This document shows, one piece after another, positions 35,941 through 53,588 of a stretch of 64,000 nucleotides of DNA. The DNA lies in assembly GCA_038087875.1 (NCBI GenBank), contig CM075992.1, positions 10,294,001-10,358,000 of the forward strand, read 5' to 3'. This DNA is from Malacoraja senta. Lineage: Eukaryota. The position numbers were made by a program, and so were the translations under genes. The first letter of the stretch is position 1; every line of letters starts with the position of its first letter. The notes beneath the pieces were generated by a model, which was not told the origin of the DNA, made no database searches, and was given only the letters and a program-made list of their open reading frames with translations.

Positions 35941-37175
35941 AAAAACACTACCACCTGCTTTTGTGTTGTAGGTACATGTATCTTATTTCACTATTTTTGT
36001 TTATTAGCTGCGTTCTCCTTCTTTGGGAATGGTACGTTTTCGCTATCAGTCAATTTCTTTACCAGAAATAGCATTAAACTTCCCCCATACGGCCAATCTC
36101 CGTTGGGCCCATCAGAACGGTCGCTGCTAAAAGTCAACACATATCGGTCATCTCTGGTCACTATTATTACATCATCAGCTGGCGATCCCGGTGGGAAAAT
36201 TGGATCTTCCACACTTCCTCGGTGTCATGTGATCTTTTATTAATTTAGTTTGCAGTCTTCTTACTTATCTGCATTTTTCCTTTCTGGACGGCCTGATTCA
36301 TTTCCTTAGGCCTTATCCTATCAGAAGGATCAGATTTATCCGATCGACTACTATTGTTTCCCATGTTCTATTCTCAAGCCTGTAAAACAAAATTTAGGCT
36401 TCCGATGACCGTTTCTTATAATACACTTTGTGCACATCGGTTTTTGTCCGTCCGCGAACGTCAAAGTCACCGTTCAAGTTTTCAGCGCGCTATTCGGCAC
36501 CTATTCGTTCGCTTCTCTATTCCGCATCCTTGCCTCACCCCACAGGCTTCTTGACTCAGCGCGAATCCGGCCGGTTATCTAGGCTGCCTGGGCTATCGCT
36601 TCTCTGGGACACCCTCTGCCCCTCTTTCTGCAGGGACAATTTTATTTTATTCCTTTCATGTTCTACTTGTATTCGTTCAGATCCCGTTACAATTGTGATT
36701 CTGGCGTGATCGCCAGATTCTGTCGAGCAAATTGACAGAGAACATTTAACGAAAAGGCGAGACTTCGAGGTTTGCTTCAAGAGAATCTATTGCATGATAT
36801 CATGGCGATATGGCAGCAGTTATCTGCTCACTGGTTCACTGAATTCGCAGCAAAATTAGCCGGTAGATATACTGTGCAGTAAACATTTTGTTTTGTTAGA
36901 CACATTTATACGAAAACACACTTTGCCCTTGGCAATATGTTTTCATGGTACTACTATCTACGTCATTTGTTTAAATTATATCGTTAGTCATAATATACTT
37001 AGAAACTTGTTGTTTATGTTAATCATATTCATATTCAACAATAGATGATCAATACAAGTCAAACTTAATAGAAGGGCATGTTGACATTAGTCTATCTTAT
37101 CTTTCAAGCAAACCGCTTCATTGCCCCCTCTCCAAGCCAATCATGCCCCCATTTAATGCAACGTTTCTACGCTGC
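35941..37175 (-). mobile_element. Probable endogenous retrovirus 5' end (LTR, PBS, leader, gag matrix), degenerate
   Basis: Minus strand: TATAAA near 36905, AATAgA near 36790, U5 ending CA at 36721, TGGCGATCACGCCAG at 36715, ATG GGA AAC AAT AGT AGT (MGNNSS) at 36364, then PIFPPGSPA..WPYGGSL. Confidence 0.5.
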
Positions 37176-37394
37176 AGATGCTAGATATTTGTGCTGTCGC
37201 TATTACTAAGGAGCAGATGATTGGGAGGTTGATAGGTCTGAAGTCAAGTCAAGAGAATTTATTGACATGTCCCAGATAGGACAATGAAATTCTTGCTTGC
37301 TGCCGCACAACAGAATACAGTAAGCATAAATACAGAACAGTTCAGTGTGCCTATAGAGCACAGAATAGAATAGAATAAAACAGAATAGAATAAA

Positions 37395-38175
37395 ATGCCT
37401 TTTATTGTCATTCAAACAGACAAGGTTTGAACTAAATTTCATTCCTACAGTCATGACATTACAAAAAAAATCAAGACAGACACTTCACACAATTTACACA
37501 AACATCCATCACAGTGAATCTCCAACACCTCCTCACTGTGATGGAAGGCAACAGTCTTATCCTTCTCCTTTGTTCTTCTCCCGCGGTCCAGCAGTCCAAC
37601 TGCAGCGTCGAGGGCTCACGATGTTAAAGCCCTCGGCCGGCGATGGTAAATCCCGCGGCCGTTGAAGCTGCTCCGGGCGTTGTCAGGCCCCGCTCCGAGT
37701 CATTTAAACCCCGGGATTCCGGCGGGAGAAGTTGCCGTTGCGGGAGCTCCGTAAAGCAGCCTCCCACCAGGGACTGCGAGCTCCCGATGTTCCTGTCCAC
37801 CGGGCCTGCGGCCGCAGCCTCCGAAGCTCGGAAGTCGAGTTGCAGCCGCACGCCACCACAGCTCTTCAGTTCCGAAGTCAGCCAACTCGGAAATGGCGAA
37901 TCCGCAGGCTCAGCGACTGGAGCACGCAGGTTTGTTCCGGTTGGAGACCGCAGACGGCTCCACGATGTTAGGCCCAACGACACCGGGGATCCGACAGGGA
38001 AAAAGTCGGGTCCCCGTACAGGCAAGAGATTAAACGGTGTTCCCCACCGCCCCAACCCCCACATATACACAGCTAAAAAATAATAAAAATTAGAACCAAA
38101 ACATACATCTAACGGGACAAAAATAAAAAAAGACAGACGGACTGCTGTCGAGCTGCTGCCATTAGGCGCCGCCAA
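37395..38175 (-). mobile_element. GC-rich non-autonomous retroposon with Rex/L2-type tail
   Basis: (aatag)n tail, ttttattgtcatt, hairpin at 37505-37545, body similar to 34850-35330. Confidence 0.7.
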
Positions 38176-38179
38176 TTAT

Positions 38180-38440
38180 TTAGACCACATATATACCACA
38201 TAGACCATATATATACACACACATAAATGAACAGATACAGTGCTCTAGGCTATTATAGTTCAGAGTTTGTTTGATGGCGAGTTCAATAGCCTGATGGCTA
38301 TGGGGAAGAAGCTGTTCATGAACCTGGATGTACCAGATTTCAGGCTCGTGTACCTTCTACTTGATGGCAGCGGAGAGTTGAGTGTGTGGCCAGGATGGTG
38401 TGGGTCCATGATAATGTTGGCAGCCTTTTTGAGGTGGGTA
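38180..38440 (-). mobile_element. Rex/Babar-type LINE 3' fragment truncated by the foldback element
   Basis: KAANIIMDPHHPGH..LPSSRRYTSLKSGTSRFMNSFFPIAIRLLN C-terminal motif. Confidence 0.8.
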
Positions 38441-38444
38441 GATC

Positions 38445-42834
<4,390 letters not shown>

Positions 42835-43034
42835 NNNNNNNNNNNNNNNNNNNNNNNNNNNNNNNNNNNNNNNNNNNNNNNNNNNNNNNNNNNNNNNNNN
42901 NNNNNNNNNNNNNNNNNNNNNNNNNNNNNNNNNNNNNNNNNNNNNNNNNNNNNNNNNNNNNNNNNNNNNNNNNNNNNNNNNNNNNNNNNNNNNNNNNNNN
43001 NNNNNNNNNNNNNNNNNNNNNNNNNNNNNNNNNN
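42835..43034. other. Assembly gap (200 N)
   Basis: Run of N; the round length suggests a placeholder of unknown true size. Confidence 1.
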
Positions 43035-44026
43035 CCGCAGGGGAGATAGTGCCGCAGATAACTCGCTGGAGATTTTTAGATGAGCTTATTGATGCAGCGG
43101 GTCTGTTTGAGACATTCGCCTCTCGCTACTGCGCTCTGTTATTAATCAATCCTCACGATGGATATTTAAACCGCAGCGTTAACAAGTAACGCACTATCTG
43201 TGATAAGGACATGTGAAACAGTGGACTCAATACCGATGAAGGGGTTTGTGCTTTTGGACTGTTGAACTCATATGCTCATAACTTCTTGGAGCCGTACTAG
43301 GTCATTCCGCCCATCATGATAACTTCACCATTCAATCATAACTGATCTATCTTTCCCTCTCAACCTGTTCCTCCTGCATTCGCACCATTACCCATGGGAC
43401 CCTTACTGATCAATAATCTGTATCTGCGAATTAAAAATATTCATTGACTTGTCCTCCTCTGTGGTCTTTTGCAATGACTTGCAAAGCATCTCCACCTTGT
43501 GGTAAATACATTCGTCCTCATCTCCATTCTAAAGGTACGTCCTTTTTATTCTGCGGCTATCGCCTCTGGTCCAAGATTCTCCCCTATACTGGAAACATCC
43601 TCTCCACATTCACCCCGTTCAGGTCTTTCGCTATTCGTAAGTTTCAATGAGGTTCCTCCTCATGCTTCTGAGCACAAGCGAGTGCCGGACCAGTGTCTTC
43701 AAGCGCTTATGATATGTTAACCCGATTATTTATGGAATCATGCTTGTTAACGTTCTCTGGAACGTCTCCAACGCCAGCACATCCTTCCTTAAAGATGCGG
43801 CCCAAGCTTGCTCACAATAATACAAATGCGGCCAGGCCAGTGCCTTACAAAGCTTCAGCAATTAATCGCTAGTATTATATTCTAGCGGCTTATTGAAATA
43901 AATGCTTCATGCTTCAATAAATCCGCATGTCTCCACAGTTTCTTCTGCTCAACTGTAGTAGAGATGTCTCCAATTTTCACTTCTCTATCACAAACTGCAG
44001 ATTTAATTATATCATGTTGTGATAAC

Positions 44027-45760
44027 TAGAGCCAGGATGTTTAGCCGCTAAAAATCTCTGAAATAGGCAAGCTAAAACGCATATTAAAATTACAAAAAGG
44101 GCACGGAAAAGGCATTCGTTGACAAAAAAGACATACAAAGGCATTTATTTCCAATACCAAAATATGGTTTAAAATGATAATTATAAAGATGTACTATATT
44201 AAATGACCAAAGTTGCCTGGTTGCATATAACTACCAGCATTTTTTCCAATTATCTTGTGCTCAACTATGCCGGCTGTCAGACAGAATATGCTACAGATGT
44301 GAAAAACTTATTTCTACCCCAACTGAGGTCACTGTTGCATACCTGAAACAAACTACAAACTCTACATTCATGTCGATATCTTGTGTATTACAACTACCTT
44401 GAGAACTTTAGCTATGTTTTGTATTTCTTGAAGATCGTTGTTAGCTAATATCACCCTCACATTTTCCTTATATGTCTTCACCTACATCGCCAAGAACTTT
44501 AAGTACAAAGAACAGCAAGTGAGGATGTAAACTACTGAGCAATAGTTCAGCTCTTTGACTTCTCCAATACTTCCGATGTCAAGAAATACTAATTTGATGG
44601 TTGACCTGCCTCCAGCGTACCAATGACCACATTGGCATCAAATCTCCCACAGCATCAGTTATCTCGTCTATTGAGATCCATATTTTGTTGCATGCAAATT
44701 CATCTCTAATTTCTGCACAACAATGCTGAAGTTGCTGTCAACATAATTATTTCCGTAATGTTGACTCGCTTGGTATATGTTCCTCTGTGTATTTCCCTAA
44801 AAAAACTATGAGAGATTTGTTTTCCAATTTCCACAGTGGATTTCCAGCATCAATGAATGCGTTGCACAGATCTCTCGAAATCTAAGATTTGCGATTGGAG
44901 CCAGCAGTAAATGTTGTGAGGAGACAAGCTTGCGTATTTTCTACCTACTGTTTTCTCTGCTGCCAACTTGTGTTTAGCTGTCTGTACATGCATGGAGATG
45001 AAATATTTTTGTATCATCGTTCACTGCTTTCTCACATGCGTTGCAAAACAGTAAGTCTGTAGAGAATATACCACTCCCGTACACTGTCACCAAATCGTTC
45101 CGTTTTTTTCACAAGGCGTTGATTTGACTTTAGGCATTTTGACGCTTGCAGGGATAGATCCTACAGGAGCGGGGGATGCAGACCTCTACAGGCAGGCCAA
45201 GTACAAGCTAAGAAGAAGAATCAGAGCTGCCAAGGAAAGGTACTCTGAGAAGTTGAGGAGCAAGTTCTCAGCAAATGACTCTTCTTCAGTGTGGAAGGGG
45301 CTTGCAAGAAATCACAAGCTTCAAGAGGAAAACCCCCGCTCCTTGTTCAATCGTCAGGTGACCAACGATCTGAATGAGTTCTACTGCAGTTTCGATAAAC
45401 AGAAACTTAACCCTGGCAACCCCAACCAACACTTTTACACATACTCACAGCTTGACTCCAGTTTTAAAAGACTTGACCCTTCCCCAACCTACTCCTCCCC
45501 AATCACCACTTCACACCTACTCAAAGCATGACTCCAATTTGCAAAGACTGGACCCTTTCCAACGCACCCCTCTACAATCACCACTTAACACACATTTACA
45601 GCCGGGTTTCGCCCCGATTGTGTTAATTTTCTTGTAAGTTATTTAAAACGGCAAAAAAAGGCTGATTTAGGCACTCAATCGTGAAAAAAGGCATTAACTT
45701 CCTAAAATGATCAAAAATGGCATGACAAGGTATGGCATTTATGGAAAAATCCTGGCCCTA
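44027..45760 (-). mobile_element. hAT DNA transposon with CGGBP1-related transposase remnant
   Basis: TIRs TAGAGCCAGGATGTTT / AAAAATCCTGGCCCTA; TSD GTGATAAC / GTGATCAC; minus translation LFCNACEKAV..HVQTAKHK, RDLCNAFIDAGNPLWKLENKSL..FLGKYT..IPSESTLRK, IWISIDE.TDAVGR..ANVVIGTL. Confidence 0.85.
45150..45600 (+). mobile_element. Rex1/Babar internal fragment inside the hAT
   Basis: GDADLYRQAKYKLRRRIRAAKERYSEKL..NDSSSVWKGL..NDLNEFY. Confidence 0.8.
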
Positions 45761-46949
45761 GTGATCACTGTCTCCTAGGGGTTCCGTCACTTTAATCTCC
45801 CGAATAAAATATATTTCTTTACAAAGCAGCAAATCCAGACTTAACCTTTCCTAGTGAGCGTGACGACGACCTTCTCTAAAAATACTTACCGAATGAGCAT
45901 TCTTTTCCCGGTCTGCCTCCTCATTGAAATTCCACATGACCACTGTGACATTGCCTTGCCTTAACGCCTATTTTCTATCGCCTAATATAATTCGTACCTT
46001 ACATTCTGACCACCATTCGGGACGCCAATGTATCTCTCCCATCGAGGCATGTTTACCCTTGCAGATTCTCAACTGTACCCCTCAGGGTTGCACATCTTCT
46101 TAGCCGTTCTCGTTTCTTGCTATGAATTCGATTACTTTCCTGAACTATAGATGCACGTCACCTATCGATTCTTCTGGACGCACACCCTTGGAGATTCAGC
46201 TGCCGGCCGTGATCAACTTACAACCACGGCTCTGGAATACCCACAATTTCATGCCTGCCAATTTCTAACTGCTTTGACCTCCGAATAGTGAGGGTCCAGA
46301 GGATTACGAGAATGATCCCACGAATGATTGGGTTAACATATGGAAAGCGTTTAAGCTTCAGTACTGAGACAGTGTGCCATAACATGTCATTATCACAGAA
46401 AATGTGTTGGCTCTGAACATTGCGGTCTTATTGTTAATCGTTAGGTTAAGCAAATAGCAGAGCGCAGCAGAGAGAAGCAAATGTCTCCAAGAGACCGGTG
46501 TCACTTCGCTGCAACAGTAAGCTCGAAAAAGAAATCGTCAGCGAGTTTTCTGCGACATTATTCCCTGTGCAGCAAAACCATGCCGAATCCTTCCAAATGA
46601 CCACGCGTTTTCAAGTGAATATGAATACTGTCAAAAGTCCACGTCCGTACGTGATAAGAGCAGCATTAAACCACTCGGCCCATAAAATGTACTCCGCCAT
46701 TCAACCGTGGCTTATCCAACTCTACCTCTCAACCTTATTATCCTGGATTCACCCCATAACCACAGGCACCCCTATCCAATTCCATAAGCGAATTCCCTTC
46801 ATTGATGTTACGCCTGTCGGGCAGTGGTTGCCATGCTTATCTCTACAGCCGTTCACAAAAGGGATAACATTAGATATCCCGCCTTATTCTCAGTGGCTAA
46901 CAAAGCTGGACTAATCTCTGTCACAGTTCCTCATTAAAAAATATACATG

Positions 46950-47222
46950 ATGGAAACAGGTCCTTCAAACTACCCAGTTCACGCAGACCATCGATCGCTC
47001 CTCCACACTAGTTTTATGCTATCACACGTTCTCATCCATTCTCGCTTCGCACTAGGATATATTTACCGAGGCCTTCTTTGGGAAGTGGGAGGAAAACGGA
47101 ACACCCGGATGTAACCTAAGCGGCCATAGGTAGAACGTACAATCTCTACACAGACAGCACCTGCGTTCAGTACCGAACCTAGATCTGAGGCAAGGAGACA
47201 CACTTTATACTACCTATGCCAA
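46950..47222 (-). mobile_element. V-SINE (HE1-like, tRNA-derived) degenerate copy
   Basis: Minus strand reads ggttcggt..tgtctgtgtagagattgtacgttct..ggttacatccgggtgttccgttttcctcccacttcccaaaga (V-domain) with a CR1-like tail. Confidence 0.75.
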
Positions 47223-48002
47223 TGCCCGACCATTCTACACATTGCATTCAGTGGCACGTGCAAATATTGCACCAATGACTTATTCTCATTTCTGATGCCG
47301 CAAATTTCAAAATAGCAACCTGCCTACTCTTGTTCAAGACGCCGCCATCCACTATTCGTTGCTGAATTGCCATTCCGAAATAATATTAGCTAATTTTAAA
47401 ACCTCTCGCACTAATCGATGTTATTTTAGTGCTGTTGCCGCTACTCCCATATTTTGCACTGTTTAAACACCCCCCCCCACACACACACACTCTCCACCTC
47501 CCCGGTTCTTGCCGTATCTCAAGGAAGAACTTTATCTATTTCAATGAACACATTTTAATGCTGGTGCAGAACATTGCTTCACGATCCATCGGTTTCTCCA
47601 TGCATGTTTTGGGAACAAAACGTCCCATGAAAGGCATCGAGCCTTGTTGAACACGACCCGTCGAGCCCGAGGTCATAGCCCTCACTCACAAAGCGATACT
47701 GGGAAAAGATGCAGCGTCCCAGAAGATATCATATGTAATAATGAGGCAGGTAAAGACAAAAAGGCAAGGCTCGTTTTGAAGGCAGGGGTGAACCCCGCCG
47801 TGTATGAAGTAGGACAGCAGGCCATGTTCCACGTCATGCGATTTAACGTATTCTTATCACCTAGATTCTCATGGTGAATATCCATGGAACACTAAGCAAG
47901 CCATGGAGCAGTCATAGACCGAAATAGGGGCTTTGTCCCAATTCGCCCATGCCAACCAATATGCCCTATATATACTAATCCTATTTGTCGGCATTTGTAC
48001 CA

Positions 48003-49522
48003 TCTGCACATAACGAAAACTCTGATCTTGTTTTCTTCCGGATTGCGCAGTTTTCTATTTGCGTGAAACAGCCATGAGATAGCGCGATGATTTTTTCGCC
48101 ACCTCACTCATCGTTCTTAATGTTATGTGAGTGGATTACGTTTAGTTCCGATCGGTGGCACATTGTGAAAGATAGCGAGGTTTAAACATCTTAAAAACCG
48201 CGCTTGCGCAGATCGATCTCCTCTCATGCCAATCAGCAACCCGCGGATTAGTTTCTTCTCCTGCCACTCCTGGGGCAGTCCACCCCATCCTCCGCGATCG
48301 CGTCATTACTTGAGCTGAGGGGCGCTCTGAATTGACGGCGGAGGTTTCCAACTGGACACAATTTTCGGAGGGCTGGCGCGGCGCGGAGTCGGAAATGTCG
48401 CCAATGTCAACAAACGGAAAGCGGAGACTTTTATCCCGGCGGAGGAGAACGACCTGCGACCAGCGCTTGCTGTGGGTCCCCATCGCACCGCCAGGTCCAG
48501 CCCCCTCCCCTCGCACAACCCGCGTTGGCTCCTGCCGCCCTCCCCGTGATACCCTCCTCTCCCCATGGCTATTTCCCCGTATTTTCTCCGAGCTCATTGC
48601 CACCCGGCCACACACACCATTCCTACCATAGCCCCTCCCCGCCCACACCCCCCCTCCACCCACAAAGTCCCCGCCCCCATACCCCTTCCCCCACAACCCC
48701 TCACCACCACACCCTTCTCTCCCACAATCCCATCGCCCCCTCAACCTCCTCCGCCCCTATAACCCCCCGCACATTCACCACTCCCCGCCTACACATCCCT
48801 CCACGCCATAACCCCCGCCCACACACCATTCCCCGACAACGTCCCACGCGCATCCCTCCGCTCCGCTCGAAGACCACCTCTGCCCCACACACCCCGCCCA
48901 CACGCCCCCTCCCACAAACATACCCCCTTCCCAAAACATCCCCGCCCTCACAGCCGCTACCCCATAAGCCCCCGCCCACATATACCTCCTACCCCCACAT
49001 ACCCCCGCACCAACACACTCCCCCAGCCCTCACAACCCTTCCCCGCACACACAAACGCCCCTCCCACACACCCGTCCCACGCGCCCTCACCCCCGTACCC
49101 CCGGCTAAACTCCCCCTCCCGCACACACCCACCCTCTTAAATCCCTCCTCCGCCGCTCCCACACAGCTTTCGCACACATACACAGCTCCCTTCGCAAACC
49201 ACACCACAACCGCCACCCTTCCCCTCCCCCACAACCCCAACCCCCCTACACCACCCCCTCCTACACTTCCACGCCCACACACACACACTTCACTTCCCTC
49301 CAGCCCCAGCCCCCCCGCCACACTCCCCACCTCCATCTCCCCGTCCCCTCCTCCCATTGCGCACATTAACAGGAGGCGGAAGTGTGCTGAGGGATGACGG
49401 GAGATGAGTCGCGCCAGCGCAGTTAGGGACTATGGGTGAGCGTTGGAAAATTGCGTAAGGGGAATATAATGCGTTGGGGGAATATTACATTGGGGAATGG
49501 GAACGGGTCCCACTTCCTCTAG
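48003..49522 (+). mobile_element. Non-autonomous Helitron-like element
   Basis: A|TC 5' end at 48003 (less certain); 3' hairpin TGGGA-ACGGG-TCCCA followed by CTAG|T at 49519-49523. Confidence 0.65.
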
Positions 49523-49577
49523 TCTCTCTTTCAACCACTCCAAACCATGAGCCTCGCAGTGTGACTTTTACATGCTA

Positions 49578-52056
<2,479 letters not shown>

Positions 52057-53315
52057 GGCATTTTCTTCCTAAAATGATCAAAATGGCATGACAAGGTATG
52101 GCATTTATGGAAAAATCCTGGCCCTAGTGATTACTGTCTCCTAGGGGTTCCTTCACTTTAAATCTCCCGAATAAAATATATTTCTTTACAAAGCAGCAAA
52201 TCCAGAATTAACCTTTCCCTAGTGAGCGTGACTACGACCTTCTCTAAAAATACTTACCGAATGAGCATTCTTTTCCCAGTCTGCCTCCTCATTGAAATTC
52301 CACATGACCACTGTGACATTGCCTTGCCTTAACGCCTATTTTCTATCGCCTAATATAATTCGTACCTTACATTCTGACCACCATTCGGACGCCAATGTAT
52401 CTCTCCATCGAGGCATGTTTACCCTTGCAGATTCTCAACTGTACCCCTCAGGGTTGCACATCTTCTTAGCCGTTCTCGTTTCTTGCTATGAATTCGATTA
52501 CTTTCCTGAACTATAGGTGCACGTCACCTATCGATTCTTCTGGACGCACACCCTTGGAGATTCAGCTGCCGGCCGTGATCCACTTACAAGCACGGCTCTG
52601 GAATACCCACAATTCATGCCTGCCAATTTCTAACTGCTTTGACCTCCGAATAGTGAGGGTCCAGAGGATTACGAGAATGATCCCACGAATGATTGGGTTA
52701 ACATATGGAAAGCGTTTAAGCTTCAGTACTGAGACAGTGTGCCATAACATGTCATTATCACAGAAAATGTGTTGGCTCTGAACACTGCGGTCTGATTGTT
52801 AATCGTTAGGTTAAGCAAATAGCAGAGCGCAGCAGAGAGAAGCAAATGTCTCCAAGAGACCGGTGTCACTTCGCTGCAACAGTAAGCTCGAAAAAGAAAT
52901 CGTCAGCGAGTTTTCTGCGACATTATTCCCTGTGCAGCAAAACCATGCCGAATCCTTCCAAATGACCACGCGTTTTCAAGTGAATATGAATACTGTCAAA
53001 AGTCCACGTCCGTACGTGATAAGAGCAGCAATTAAACCACTCGGCCCATAAAATGTACTCCGCCATTCAACCGTGGCTTATCCAAATCTACCTCTCAACC
53101 TTATTATCCTGGATTCACCCCATAACCACAGGCACCCCTATCCAATTCCATAAGCGAATTCCCTTCATTGATGTTACGCCTGTCGGGCTGTGGTTGCCAG
53201 GCTTATCTCTACAGCCGTTCACAAAAGGGGATAACATTAGATATCCCGCCTTATTCTCAGTGGCTGACAAAGCTGGACTAATATCTGTCACAGTCCTCAT
53301 TAAAAAATATACATG

Positions 53316-53588
53316 ATGGAAACAGGTCCTTCAAACTACCCAGTTCACGCAGACCATCGATCGCTCCTCCACACTAGTTTTATGCTATCACACGTTCTCA
53401 TCCATTCTCGCTTCGCACTAGGATATATTTACCGAGGCCTTCTTTGGGAAGTGGGAGGAAAACGGAAACACCCGGATGTAACCTAAGCGGCCATAGGTAG
53501 AACGTACAATCTCTACACAGACAGCACCTGCGTTCAGTACCGAACCTAGATCTGAGGCACTGAGACACACTTTCTACTACCTATGCCA
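53316..53588 (-). mobile_element. Duplicate of the V-SINE copy
   Basis: Paralogous position in duplication copy 2. Confidence 0.75.

Larger units (their letters stand above)
43260..46200 (-). mobile_element. Old degraded CR1 hosting the hAT insertion (pieces 43260-44026 and 45761-46200)
   Basis: CR1 3' region 43290-43900; endonuclease-region remnants continue across the hAT TSD, similar to 33780-34200. Confidence 0.65.

Noticed and set aside
46498..46914. 138-aa ORF in the duplicated unit
   Set aside because: Overlaps an antisense CR1 3' remnant, is frameshifted in copy 2 and has no recognisable domain.
47520..47700. Possible minus-strand exon after cttttcccag (YRFVSEGYDLG...)
   Set aside because: The frame differs between the duplicate copies and no homology was recognised.
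48142..49397. Pro/Thr/His-rich mucin-like ORFs
   Set aside because: C/A low-complexity interior of the Helitron-like element; frames are not conserved in the duplicate copy.
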